Assembly: GCA_002269645.1 (NCBI GenBank) | Contig: NIVC01002029.1 | Location: 124,001-188,000, forward strand | DNA: 64,000 nucleotides | From: Macrostomum lignano | Taxonomy: Eukaryota | Direction: 5' to 3' | Shown: one piece after another, positions 24,665 to 38,237 of the stretch | Position numbering within the stretch: the stretch's first letter is position 1 | Layout: each line of letters opens with the position of its first letter | Translations under genes and position numbers: made by a program | Notes under the pieces: generated by a model | The model's database searches: none | The model's input: the letters and a program-made list of their open reading frames with translations, nothing else | What the model was told of the DNA's origin: nothing

Positions 24665-26458
24665 GTCATGGGAAATCCTGTTCGGGAAATCCTGTTCGGG
24701 AAATCCTGTTCGGGAAATCCTGTTCGGGAAATCCTGTCTGGGAGATCCTGTCTGGGAAATCTTGTCTGGGAAATCCTGTCTGGGAAATCTTGTCTGGGAA
24801 ATCCTGTCTGGGAAATCCTGTCTGGGAAATCCTGTCTGCGAAATCTTGTTTGGAAATCCTGTCTATGAAATCTTGTTCGGGAAATAATGTCTGCGAAATC
24901 TTGTTCGGAAATCCTGTCTATGAAATCTTGTTCGGGAAAAATTGTCTGGGAAATACTTCCTAGGAAATCCCGTCTGGGAAATCCTGTCTGGGAAATCTTG
25001 TCTGGGAAATCCTGTCTGGGAAATCCTGTCTGGGAAATCCTGTCTGCGAAATCTTGTTTGGAAATCCTGTCTATGAAATCTTGTTCGGGAAATAATGTCT
25101 GCGAAATCTTGTTCGGAAATCCTGTCTATGAAATCTTGTTCGGGAAAAATTGTCTGGGAAATACTTCCTAGGAAATCCCGTCTGGGAAATCCTGTCTGGG
25201 AAATCTTGTCTGGGAAATCCTGTCTGGGAAATCCTGTCTGGGAAATCCTGTCTGCGAAATCTTGTTTGGAAATCCTGTCTATGAAATCTTGTTCGGGAAA
25301 TAATGTCTGCGAAATCTTGTTCGGAAATCCTGTCTAGGAAATCTTGTTCGGGAAATAATGTCTGGGAAATACTTCCTAGGAAATCCCGTCTGGGAAATCC
25401 TGTCTGGGAAATCCTGTCTGGGAAATCCTGTCTGGGAAATCATGTCTGGGAAATACTGTCTAGGAAATCCTGTCTGGGAAATCTTGTCTGGGAAATCCTG
25501 TCTGGGAAATCTTTTCTGGGAAATCCTGTCTGCGAAATCTTGTTCGGAAATCCTGTCTAGGAAATCTTGTTCGGGAAATAATGTCTGGGAAATACTTCCT
25601 AGGAAATCCCGTCCGGGAAATCCTGTCTGGGAAATGCTGTTTGGGAAATCCTGTCTGGGAAATCATGTCTGGGAAATGCTGTTTGGGAAATCCTGTCTGG
25701 GAAATCATGTCTGGGAAATCATGTCTGGGAAATCCTGTCTGGGAAATCTTGTCTGGGAAATCCTGTCTGGGAAATCCTGTCTGGGAAATCCTGTCTGGGA
25801 AATCATGTCTGGGAAATCATGTCTGGGAAATCCTGTCTGGGAAATCATGTCTGGGAAATCTTGTCTGGGAAATCCTGTCTGCGAAATCCTGTCTGGGAAA
25901 TCCTGTCTGGGAAATCTTGTCTGGGAAATCCTGTCTGCGAAATCTTGTTCGGAAATCCTGTCTATGAAATCTTGTTCGGGAAATAATGTCTGCAAAATCT
26001 TGTTCAGAAATCCTGTCTATGAAATCTTGTTCGGGAAATAATGTCTGCGAAATCTTGTTCGGAAATCCTGTCTATGAAATCTTGTTCGGGAAAAATTGTC
26101 TGGGAAATCCTGTCTGGGAAATCATCTCTGGGAAATACTGTCTAGGAAATCCTGTCTGGGAAATCCTGTCTGGGAAATCTTGTCTGGGAAATCCTGTCTG
26201 CGAAATCTTGTTCGGAAATCCTGTCTAGGAAATCTTGTTCGGGAAATAATGTCTGGGAAATACTTCCTAGGAAATCCCGTCCGGGAAATCCTGTCTGGGA
26301 AATGCTGTTTGGGAAATCCTGTCTGGGAAATCATGTCTGGGAAATGCTGTTTGGGAAATCCTGTCTGGGAAATCATGTCTGGGAAATCATGTCTGGGAAA
26401 TCCTGTCTGGGAAATCTTGTCTGGGAAATCCTGTCTGGGAAATCCTGTCTGGGAAATC
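24665..26458. repeat. 14-bp array GGGAAATCCTGTCT with 208-bp sub-blocks
   Basis: ORF starts at 24887, 25095 and 25303 show the 208-bp period. Confidence 0.95.
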
Positions 26459-26884
26459 CCAACTGAGAAATCAGTCCGCTTATACCAGATCCCGTCTGAA
26501 ACTGTTATTGCGCCCAGGTTTCTGCAAAGAAGATTAATGCGAGCCTGCGGCTTTCTTATTGAGGGACTTTATTATCAGATTAACGAGGCTATTTCTTTCT
26601 ATTCACCGCCGGAATCATGATTTTTTCTTGAGAGAATATTCCCTAATCCTCGCTTTATGATTTCATATTTTAAACTGCTCTAATTGTGAGCGCTGATAAA
26701 TGAGTCGAATAAAACGATTCATTATCTCGGACTAGAACGGGGAGAGGGACGGACTTTGTGGATCCCGTGACTCCATTGGGCAGTGGCGTACGCAGAAAAT
26801 TGTATTTGAGATTGGGGGGTCCGAGCCTCAGGGGCGCCAATATATTGGGTGTCTTGTAGTGGGCGCCCCCGTTTTTTAGGTTGA

Positions 26885-29800
26885 CAGCCCCTGTCTCTTA
26901 GGTGGCCGGCCCTGTCTCTTAGGTGGCCGGCCCTGTCTCTTAGGTGGCCGGCCCTGTCTCTTAGGTGGCAGCCCCTGTCTCTTAGGTGGCCACCCATGTC
27001 TCTTAGGTGGCCGCCCCTGTCTCTTAGGTGGCCGGCCCTGTCTCTTAGGTGGCCACCCCTGTCTCTTAGGTGGCCGGCCCTGTCTCTTAGGTGGCCGGCC
27101 CTGTCTCTTAGGTGGCCGGCCCTGTCTCTTAGGTGGCCGCCCCTGTCTCTTAGGTGGCCACCCCTGTCTCTTAGGTGGCCGCCCCTGTCTCTTAGGTGGC
27201 CGGCCCTGTCTCTTAGGTGGCCGGCCCTGTCTCTTAGGTGGCCGCCCCTGTCTCTTAGGTGGCCACCCCTGTCTCTTAGGTGGCCGCCCCTGTCTCTTAG
27301 GTGGCCGCCCCTGTCTCTTAGGTGGTCGCCCCTGTCTCTTAGGTGGCCACCCCTGTCTCTTAGGTGGCCGGCCCTGTCTCTTAGGTGGCCGGCCCTGTCT
27401 CTTAGGTGGCCGGCCCTGTTTCTTAGGTGGCCGGCCCTGTCTCTTAGGTGGCCGGCCCTGTCTCTTAGGTGGCCGCCCCTGTCTCTTAGGTGGCCGCCCC
27501 TGTCTCTTAAGTGGCCGCCCCTGTCTCTTAGGTGGCCACCCCTGTCTCTTAGGTGGCCGGCCCTGTCTCTTAGGTGGCCTTCCCTGTCTCTTAGGTGGCC
27601 GCCCCTGTCTCTTAGGTGGCCGCCCCTGTCTCTTAGGTGGCCTTCCCTGTCTCTTAGGTGGCCGCCCCTGTCTCTTAGGTGGCCGCCCCTGTCTCTTAGG
27701 TGGCCACCCCTGTCTCTTAGTTGGCCGCCCCTGTCTCTTAGGTGGCCACCCCTGTCTCTTAGTTGGCCGGCCCTGTCTCTTAGGTGGCCGCCCCTGTCTC
27801 TTAGGTGGCCGCCCCTGTCTCTTAGGTGGCCACCCCTGTCTCTTAGGTGGCCGGCCCTGTCTCTTAGGTGGCCGGCCCTGTCTCTTAGGTGGCCGGCCCT
27901 GTCTCTTAGGTGGCCGGCCCTGTCTCTTAGGTGGCCGGCCCTGTCTCTTAGGTGGCCGGCCCTGTCTCTTAGGTGGCCGGCCCTGTCTCTTAGGTGGCCG
28001 GCCCTGTCTCTTAGGTGGCCGCCCCTGTCTCTTAGGTGGCCACCCCTGTCTCTTAGGTGGCCGCCCCTGTCTCTTAGGTGGCCGCCCCTGTCTCCTAGGT
28101 GGCCGCCCCTGTCTCTTAGGTGGCCGCCCCTGTCTCTTAGGTGGCCGCCCCTGTCTCTTAGGTGGCCACCCCTGTCTCTTAGGTGGCCGGCCCTGTCTCT
28201 TAGGTGGCCGGCCCTGTCTCTTAGGTGGCCGGCCCTGTCTCTTAGGTGGCCGGCCCTGTCTCTTAGGTGGCCGGCCCTGTCTCTTAGGTGGCCGGCCCTG
28301 TCTCTTAGGTGGCCGGCCCTGTCTCTTAGGTGGCCGGCCCTGTCTCTTAGGTGGCCGGCCCTGTCTCTTAGGTGGCCGGCCCTGTCTCTTAGGTGGCCGG
28401 CCCTGTCTCTTAGGTGGCCGGCCCTGTCTCTTAGGTGGCCGGCCCTGTCTCTTAGGTGGCCGGCCCTGTCTCTTAGGTGGCCGGCCCTGTCTCTTAGGTG
28501 GCCGGCCCTGTCTCTTAGGTGGCCGGCCCTGTCTCTTAGGTGGCCGGCCCTGTCTCTTAGGTGGCCGCCCCTGTCTCTTAGTTGGCCACCCCTGTCTCTT
28601 AGGTGGCCGCCCCTGTCTCTTAGGTGGCCGCCCCTGTCTCTTAGGTGGCCACCCCTGTCTCTTAGGTGGCCGGCCCTGTCTCTTAGGTGGCCGCCCCTGT
28701 CTCTTAGGTGGCCGCCCCTGTCTCTTAGGTGGCCGGCCCTGTCTCTTAGGTGGCCTTCCCTGTCTCTTAGGTGGCCGGCCCTGTCTCTTAGGTGGCCGGC
28801 CCTGTCTCTTAGGTGGCCACCCCTGTCTCTTAGTTGGCCGGCCCTGTCTCTTAGGTGGCCGCCCCTGTCTCTTAGGTGGCCGCCCCTGTCTCTTAGGTGG
28901 CCACCCCTGTCTCTTAGGTGGCCGGCCCTGTCTCTTAGGTGGCCGGCCCTGTCTCTTAGGTGGCCGGCCCTGTCTCTTAGGTGGCCGGCCCTGTCTCTTA
29001 GGTGGCCGGCCCTGTCTCTTAGGTGGCCGGCCCTGTCTCTTAGGTGGCCGCCCCTGTCTCTTAGGTGGCCACCCCTGTCTCTTAGGTGGCCGGCCCTGTC
29101 TCTTAGGTGGCCGGCCCTGTCTCTTAGGTGGCCGGCCCTGTCTCTTAGGTGGCCGCCCCTGTCTCTTAGGTGGCCACCCCTGTCTCTTAGGTGGCCGCCC
29201 CTGTCTCTTAGGTGGCCGCCCCTGTCTCTTAGGTGGCCGCCCCTGTCTCTTAGGTGGCCACCCCTGTCTCTTAGGTGGCCGCCCCTGTCTCTTAGGTGGC
29301 CACCCCTGTCTCTTAGGTGGCCACCCCTGTCTCTTAGGTGGCCGGCCCTGTCTCTTAGGTGGCCGGCCCTGTCTCTTAGGTGGCCGGCCCTGTCTCTTAG
29401 GTGGCCGGCCCTGTCTCTTAGGTGGCCGGCCCTGTCTCTTAGGTGGCCACCCCTGTCTCTTAGGTGGCCGGCCCTGTCTCTTAGGTGGCCGGCCCTGTCT
29501 CTTAGGTGGCCGGCCCTGTCTCTTAGGTGGCCGGCCCTGTCTCTTAGGTGGCCGGCCCTGTCTCTTAGGTGGCCGGCCCTGTCTCTTAGGTGGCCGGCCC
29601 TGTCTCTTAGGTGGCCGGCCCTGTCTCTTAGGTGGCCGCCCCTGTCTCTTAGGTGGCCACCCCTGTCTCTTAGGTGGCCGCCCCTGTCTCTTAGGTGGCC
29701 GCCCCTGTCTCTTAGGTGGCCACCCCTGTCTCTTAGGTGGCCGGCCCTGTCTCTTAGGTGGCCGCCCCTGTCTCTTAGGTGGCCGCCCCTGTCTCTTAGG

Positions 29801-29915
29801 TGGCCGCCCCTGTCTCTTAGGTGGCCACCCCTGTCTCTTAGGTGGCCGCCCCTGTCTCTTAGGTGGCCGCCCCTGTCTCTTAGGTGGCCGGCCCTCTTAG
29901 GTGGCCGGCCCTGTC
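26885..29915. repeat. 21-bp array CCCTGTCTCTTAGGTGGCC(GG/GC/AC), ~143 copies
   Basis: Seen directly. Confidence 0.98.
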
Positions 29916-30654
29916 TTTTAAGTGGGTGTCCCCGTAAAATAGCTACTTTGTTTTATTTACAATTAGAAAGCTCAAAATAGGTGAGATGTTGTGAATTGAG
30001 TGCAAAATAATACTGTAAACTTCTTACATCCCGCAAATGCATTTTGTAGCGAGAACAAGCCTTCAAAGTGAAATAAGCAAGATCCTGTTATTTCTTTAGC
30101 TGCCCATGATTGGAATTTACATGACCGCGCCGAGCACCCGATGTGGCGACACCCTCCAACCCTTTGGGAGGCGCTCTCAGCGCTCTCGAGAGTGAGCAGT
30201 GCGCGGTCACAATGCTGAGATTGATTGGGTGGGGAGCCACCTCCCCCGGATCTCCTCAAACTTATCCGAGCCACCACTTCTCCCCTAAACGCCCCGAGAG
30301 TTCTTCCCTTCGATCCAGCCAGCACGCCAAGGGTCGGGCAAGGAGGAGCTCGCGCGATAAAAAATAACCAGTGTGTTCCTTCTTATCCCTTCCTTCGACT
30401 TCTCTCTTTTTTGCAGTTTTTTTCTCTATACGACCTCCAGGAGGAGCAGCCGGGGTTCTCACTGGCGATAATTGAAGAAATGCTGGTTCCCTATAGATAA
30501 CATAATGCGATAGACAAATTTTGGCGGTTACTTATGAACTGCAAATGCACCTGGTGGGGTTTTTAATTAAAAAAATGCATAATGGCAACTAATGCTTCGT
30601 CAGTCAGCCATTACATTTTTATCGGGTTGGAAAATAATACTTTCGAGTTGTTCA

Positions 30655-31640
30655 CGAGACTCACTCTTTAAAGAGTTGAAATCCACGAGAATCACTCTTT
30701 AGAGAGTTGAAATCCGTGAGAATCACTCTTTAGAGCGTTGAAATCCATGAGAATCACTCTTTAGAGAGTTTAAATCCACGAGAATCACTCTTTAGAGAGT
30801 TGAAATCCGTGAGAATCACTCTTTAGAGAGTTGAAATCCATGAGAATCACTCTTTAGAGAGTTTAAATCCATGAGAATCACTCTTTAGAGAGTTTAAATC
30901 CATGAGAATCACTCTTTAGAGAGTTTAAATCCACGAGAATCACTCTTTAGAGAGTTGAAATCCATGAGAATCACTCTTTAGAGAGTTGAAATCCATGAGA
31001 ATCACTCTATGAGAATCAATCTCTGATAATTACTTTGAAGAATCACTCTGGAGAATCACTCTGGAGAATCACTCTGGAGAATCAATCACTCTGGAGAATC
31101 ACTCTGGAGAATCACCCTGGAGAATCACTCTGGAGAATCACTCTGGAGAATCACTCTGGAGAATCAATCACTCTGGAGAATCACTCTGGAGAATCACTCT
31201 GGAGAATCACTCTGGAGAATCACTCTGGAGAATCACTCTGGAGAATCACTCTATGAGAATCACCCTGGAGAATCACTCTGGAGAATCACTCTGGAGAATC
31301 ACTCTGGAGAATAATTCTATGAGAATCACTCTGGAGAATCACTCTGAAGAATCACTCTGGAGAATCACTCTCTAATAATCACTCTGGAGAATCATTCTAT
31401 GAGAATCACTCTGGAGAATCACTCTGGAGAATCACTCTGGAGAATCACTCTCTAATAATCACTCTGGAGAATAATTCTGGAGAATCACTCTGGAGAATCA
31501 CTCTGAAGAATCACTCTGAAGAATCACTCTGGAGGATCACTCTGAGAATCACTCTGAAGAATCACTCTGGAGAATCACTCTGGAGAATCACTCTGAAGAA
31601 TCACTCTGGAGGATCACTCTGAGAATCACTCTCTGAGAAT
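30655..31640. repeat. Compound 31-bp then 13-bp array sharing GAGAATCACTCT
   Basis: The switch occurs at about 31020. Confidence 0.93.
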
Positions 31641-32379
31641 GAGACTTTAAAAAATATGTCTAAAGAACTCATCCGGCACAACAGGGGGGGGGGCACACGC
31701 GTCACTTGTCGGAAAAATGAATATGCTCGCATTAGACCCAATATAAGATCCGAGCTCGGGAAGTCATCGAGTCGCCAGGGGCCGAGTCGGGAGTCCCAGC
31801 GGTTGGCCAGCTTGAGCAGCTCTGACGATCTTTCCCCATGGGATCGGCGGCCGTGAGGAGCCGGAGTGGTCCCCTGGCCGCTGTTCCCCATTTTCCTCCC
31901 TAATTCCTTTGCCTTCTCTCCCTCTTTCTTTCGAATGCTTCGCCTTTAACAGGACGCCGCACCGACCCCGGGGAGAAGGCTGGACAGCGGCTTCATCGCT
32001 GCTTTGAATAATTGCAATTTGGCCCCGGCTGAGAAGGCTGGCGGGCGGCAGATGCTAGCGAAAATATGAGGAGAGCCATTTTTCTCAGCGATGTGGAGGA
32101 AGGGGCGACTCTCGTGTCTCCATTTTTTTCTTTCCCTTGCTTCCTTCGGGAAATTTAGGCGACCAAAAATCGACTCGACAAATTTTGAGTCACGTGATTC
32201 GCTAGGGACAGGAGACTCAGTAATTTGGCAACGGATCACTTCGGCGTCAGCTAATTTATTGCTTCCAAGCCAGGTTGACCGAGCCAAAATTTATGATCTT
32301 AAAGTGACTTCCTATTTGAAGAAGAGAGATTCTTCGAACACCCGGAATCACTCTAGTCATACCCGGGATCCTTTAGAAC

Positions 32380-32560
32380 CCCTCTGGGGAAACCCATCTG
32401 GGGAAACCCCTCTGGGGAAACCCCTCTGGGGAAACCCCTCTGGGGAAACCCCTCTGGGGAAACGCCTCTGGGGAAACCCCTCTGGGGAAACCCCTCTGGG
32501 GAAACCCCTCTGGGGAAACCCCTCTGGGGAAACCCCTCTGGGGAAACCCCTCTGGGAAAC
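32380..32560. repeat. 14-bp array GGGGAAACCCCTCT, ~12 copies
   Basis: Next to the exon 1 donor. Confidence 0.93.
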
Positions 32561-32587
32561 CTTGAAAATGTAGCAGAAATGACTCAC

Positions 32588-33014
32588 CGTAGACGAACAG
32601 GTAGATGGTGCACTGATCCTTGGCCTCGCCGGGATCCTCAACGCGAAACTTCACGTAACACCGGTAGACGCCCTGGTCGCTGACCCGCACATCCTTCAGC
32701 TTCAGGCTGGCCTCCGAATACACCGATAGGCGGCCAACAAACTCGGTGGCAAGCGTGGGCTCGAAGGACTCAAACCTGTCGAACACGGCCTGCTGCAAGC
32801 CGTCACGGCGCCACTGCACCTGGTGCGGCACCAGCACGTTGGCGTTCGCCGGGTAGCGGAGCTGGCATTCGAACAGCACGTCGCTGCCAACGGCCACCTC
32901 CTTGGCAATCTGGCGCCGAGTCCGCGACAGCAGCGGCTGCATGGCGTGGCCCAGCCGACCGGCTTGTAGAAGCAGCAGCAGCGACAGCAGGAGCAGCAAG
33001 CCACCCGGAGCCAT
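32588..33014 (-). CDS. IGSF9: Turtle/IGSF9-like receptor exon 1 (signal peptide + Ig1)
   Basis: MAPGGLLLLLSLLLLL signal; GSDVLFEC...VQW...FVGRLSVYSEASLKLKDVRVSDQGVYRC resembles IGSF9B Ig1 (YAGRASLHDKASLRLEQVRSEDQGWYEC). Donor GTGAGT, phase 1. Confidence 0.88.
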
Positions 33015-33549
33015 TATTCGCCCAATCGCTACCTTACTACTGTAGCGGCCTTGTCCGCGAACTCTAAGCCGGAGACTGATCGGATTTATTAGCAGGCGGA
33101 TTAGTCAAACAAACTGCATATCTCAGCCCAGCCTCCGGCGCAGAGCGGACTCCGAACTCAGCAGCTTTCTAAGCATCCCGGAGGGTCGGCGGTGTGTCCG
33201 GTGCAAACAGGAGGTGCAAAAAACACAGCAGGAGGCCGGGCATTGGACGGGGGTGGACCGGAGCCGGTAGCCCATTGGCCGGTGGCCCTGCTGGAACTTT
33301 GAGCTATACAGGATGGCTGGGATTTTAATCCCTCCGGCCCCTGAAAAGAGCACCGATGCTTGTTCTGGTCGCTTTCAGTCTTTAATTGTACAAGCGGTGA
33401 GCACTGCTCACAAGACAGGAGACAATGCTCAGATTGAGTCCTTGCAGTTTTACAACCCCCAACCCCTCGGGGACACTTTTATAGGGAATTTATTGGGGAT
33501 TCAATTTTAAGCGGAAATGCATTAGAGGTAGTGGGGTTGCTAGGAACTT

Positions 33550-36500
33550 CAGATCCCATAGATGAGAATCTCCCACTGCATCCAAATCCCATAGGTGAGG
33601 ATCTCCCACTGCATCCAAATCCCATAGGTGAGGATCTCCCACTGCATCCAAATCCCATAGGTGCCTCCCACTGCATCCAAATCCCATAGGTGAGGATCTC
33701 CCACTGCGTCCAAATCCCATAGGTGAGGATCTCCCACTGCATCCAAATCCCATAGGTGAGGATCTCCCACTGCATCCAAATCCCATAGGTGCCTCCCACT
33801 GCATCCAAATCCCATAGGTGAGGATCTCCCACTGCGTCTAAATCCCATAGGTGCCTCCCACTGCATCCAAATCCCATAGGTGAGGATCTCCCACTGCGTC
33901 CAAATCCCATAGGTGAGGATCTCCCACTGCGTCTAAATCCCATAGGTGCCTCCCACTGCATCCAAATCCCATAGGTGAGGATCTCCCACTGCGTCCAAAT
34001 CCCATAGGTGAGGATCTCACACTGCATCCAAATCCCATAGGTGCCTCCCACTGCATCCAAATCCCATAGGTGAGGATCTCCCACTGCATCCAAATCCTAT
34101 AGGCAAGGATCTCACACTGCATCCAAATCCCATAGGTAAGGATCTCACACTGCATCCAGATCCCATAGGTAAGGATCTCACACTGCATCCAGATCCCATA
34201 GGTAAGGATCTCACACTGCATCCAGATCCCATAGGTAAGGATCTGACACTGCATCCAAATCCCATAAATGAGGATCTCCAACTGCATCCAAATCCCATAG
34301 GTGCCTCCCACTGCATCCAAATCCCATAGGTGAGGATCTCACACTGCATCCAGATCCCATAGGTAAGGATCTCACACTGCATCCAAATCCTATAGGTAAG
34401 GATCTCCCACTGCATCCAAATCCCATAGGTGAGGATCTCCCACTGCGTCTAAATCCCATAGGTGCCTCCCACTGCATCCAAATCCCATAGGTGAGGATCT
34501 CCCACTGCGTCTAAATCCCATAGGTGAGGATCTCCCACTGCATCCAAATCCTATAGGCAAGGATCTCACACTGCATCCAAATCCCATAGGTAAGGATCTC
34601 ACACTGCATCCAGATCCCATAGGTAAGGATCTCACACTGCATCCAGATCCCATAGGTAAGGATCTCACACTGCATCCAGATCCCATAGGTAAGGATCTCA
34701 CACTGCATCCAAATCCCATAAATGAGGATCTCGAACTGCATCCAAATCCCATAGGTGCCTCCCACTGCATCCAAATCCCATAGGTGAGGATCTCACACTG
34801 CATCCAGATCCCATAGGTAAGGATCTCACACTGCATCCAAATCCTATAGGTAAGGATCTCCCACTGCATCCAAATCCCATAGGTGAGGATCTCCCACTGC
34901 GTCTAAATCCCATAGGTGCCTCCCACTGCATCCAAATCCCATAGGTGAGGATCTCCCACTGCGTCTAAATCCCATAGGTGCCTCCCACTGCATCCAAATC
35001 CCATAGGTGAGGATCTCCCACTGCATCCAAATCCTATAGGCAAGGATCTCCCACTGCATCCAAATCCCATAGGTGAGGATCTCCCACTGCGTCTAAATCC
35101 CATAGGTGCCTCCCACTGCATCCAAATCCCATAGGTGAGGATCTCCCACTGCATCCAAATCCTATAGGCAAGGATCTCACACTGCATCCAAATCCCATAG
35201 GTAAGGATCTCACACTGCATCCAGATCCCATAGGTAAGGATCTCACACTGCATCCAGATCCCATAGGTAAGGATCTCACACTGCATCCAGATCCCATAGG
35301 TAAGGATCTGACACTGCATCCAAATCCCATAAATGAGGATCTCCAACTGCATCCAAATCCCATAGGTGCCTCCCACTGCATCCAAATCCCATAGGTGAGG
35401 ATCTCACACTGCATCCAGATCCCATAGGTAAGGATCTCACACTGCATCCAAATCCTATAGGTAAGGATCTCCCACTGCATCCAAATCCCATAGGTGAGGA
35501 TCTCCCACTGCGTCTAAATCCCATAGGTGCCTCCCACTGCATCCAAATCCCATAGGTGAGGATCTCCCACTGCGTCTAAATCCCATAGGTGAGGATCTCC
35601 CACTGCATCCAAATCCTATAGGCAAGGATCTCACACTGCATCCAAATCCCATAGGTAAGGATCTCACACTGCATCCAGATCCCATAGGTAAGGATCTCAC
35701 ACTGCATCCAGATCCCATAGGTAAGGATCTCACACTGCATCCAGATCCCATAGGTAAGGATCTCACACTGCATCCAAATCCCATAGGTAAGGATCTCCAA
35801 CTGCATCCAAATCCCATAGGTGCCTCCCACTGCATCCAAATCCCATACGTGAGGATCTCACACTGCATCCAGATCCCATAGGTAAGGATCTCACACTGCA
35901 TCCAAATCCTATAGGTAAGGATCTCCCACTGCATCCAAATCCCATAGGTGAGGATCTCCCACTGCGTCTAAATCCCATAGGTGCCTCCCACTGCATCCAA
36001 ATCCCATAGGTGAGGATCTCCCACTGCGTCTAAATCCCATAGGTGAGGATCTCCCACTGCATCCAAATCCTATAGGCAAGGATCTCACACTGCATCCAAA
36101 TCCCATAGGTAAGGATCTCACACTGCATCCAGATCCCATAGGTAAGGATCTCACACTGCATCCAGATCCCATAGGTAAGGATCTCACACTGCATCCAGAT
36201 CCCATAGGTAAGGATCTCACACTGCATCCAAATCCCATAGGTAAGGATCTGACACTGCATCCAAATCCCATAAATGAGGATCTCCAACTGCATCCAAATC
36301 CCATAGGTGAGGATCTCACACTGCATCCAGATCCCATAGGTAAGGATCTCACACTGCATCCAGATCCCATAGGTAAGGATCTCACACTGCATCCAAATCC
36401 TATAGGTAAGGATCTCCCACTGCATCCAAATCCCATAGGTGAGGATCTCCCACTGCGTCTAAATCCCATAGGTGCCTCCCACTGCATCCAAATCCCATAG

Positions 36501-37125
36501 GTGAGGATCTCACACTGCATCCAGATCCCATAGGTAAGGATCTCACACTGCATCCAAATCCTATAGGTAAGGATCTCCCACTGCATCCAAATCCCATAGG
36601 TGAGGATCTCCCACTGCGTCTAAATCCCATAGGTGCCTCCCACTGCATCCAAATCCCATAGGTGAGGATCTCCCACTGCGTCTAAATCCCATAGGTGAGG
36701 ATCTCCCACTGCGTCCAAATCCCATAGGTGCCTCCCACTGCATCCAAATCCCATAGGTGAGGATCTCCCACTGCATCCAAATCCTATAGCTAAGGATCTC
36801 ACACTGCATCCAAATCCTATAGGCAAGGATCTCACACTGCATCCAAATCCCATAGGTAAGGATCTCACACTGCATCCAGATCCCATAGGTAAGGATCTCA
36901 CACTGCATCCAGATCCCATAGGTAAGGATCTCACACTGCATCCAGATCCCATAGGTAAGGATCTCCCACTGCATCCAAATCCCATAGGTAAGGATCTGAC
37001 ACTGCATCCAAATCCCATAAATGAGGATCTCCAACTGCATCCAAATCCCATAGGTGCCTCCCACTGCATCCAAATCCCATAGGTAAGGATCTCACACTGC
37101 ATCCAGATCCCATAGATGAGGAGCT
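33550..37125. repeat. 33/29-bp array GATCTC(C/A)CACTGCATCCAAATCCCATAGGT(G/A)AG with a 1065-bp higher-order duplication
   Basis: Several ORF pairs are offset by exactly 1065 (33838/34903, 34211/35276, 34390/35455, 34511/35576). Confidence 0.96.
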
Positions 37126-38237
37126 GACACTGCCTCCAGATTCCAAAGGTACCTTTAAGCTACAACATTTCTGAGTATCCAATAAAGTTGAGGATCTCTT
37201 CGGATCGGTATCCAGACTCCCAGATCCCATAGGAGTCATTCAAGATGAAGTGCTTCAGCATTGCTGGCACCAAATGGGCCAGTTGTAAATAGGAAATGGC
37301 ACAGCCAGCTGTCTCCCATTTCTCACAACGAGAAGAGCCTCTCACAGGCCAGTTGAAAACCTGAAGAACGGCCTTTAAGATTCATTCAAAGGAAGAAAAA
37401 CTCTCAGTTGATGTAAAGGCTTTATTGATGAGGGAGAGTATGAGCGCAAATCCCTATTGTAGAAAAAAACAAGGGAACACGGCAATACGGGGGATAGCCG
37501 GGGCAATTACTCTGCAACTATGAAGTGCAACATCGCTGCCGAAGTAGAAGCGGGTATTTGTCAAGATGCCAAAAGAATTTCCAGGGCCAAGAATACGGAG
37601 AGAAGGCCAACTTTGAGATGGAGAGAGAGAGAGCTGGGAGTTGCAGAGAAGAGATGGCGGAGGAGGATAGCGAGAATCTTGAAGAATCCAGTTGGACCGG
37701 GATGGCGGGCGGGGCAATGACAAATCGGTATATACATGAACTATAGGCCCAGCGTTTCTCGATCTATCCTTCTATGCCAGGGGCCTCTGCAAGCAAATTA
37801 CAGGCGCACAGAGACTAATCTAATGCCGGGCACTCCTTGCCATCCCTTCTCATCCCCTCATCCAGTCCGCATACAACAACTTGTTTTGAGCACTCAACCT
37901 CGACTGCAGCTCTTCAGCCTAACAAATATATAAAACTTACTTTTGCTATCCTAAGCTGGATAGAATGAGCGAGTGATGGAGGGCGAGAAGGCAGATAGGG
38001 AGAGCTGTCATGTCGAACTGCTGCTGCTGCTTCTGGGGCTTAAGCAGATTTCTTTGATTGAATATTAGTTTGCGCGCTCTAGAGGGCTGCCAGAGGCGCC
38101 AATTCAAATTAATTGGCACCCGAAGGAAGAGCCGCCAAGCAGATTACGCAGTTTAAGGCTGGGTCAGGCGGCATCTCCGACATATTTTTGACGCAAGAGC
38201 TCTCGGGGCATTGGGGCAGGGTAGCGAATGCCATCCT

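Noticed and set aside
26781-26800. hAT-like terminus CAGTGGCGTACGCAG
   Set aside because: I could not find the partner inverted end in the window.
24665-32560. NF-kB site clusters (GGGAAATCC, GGGAAACCCC) in two intron 1 arrays
   Set aside because: A short motif amplified passively by tandem repetition; there is no evidence of function.
33550-37125. AG|GTGAG and AG|GTAAG donor consensus in most units of the 33-bp array
   Set aside because: Intergenic, on the strand opposite the neighbouring genes, with no upstream exon found.
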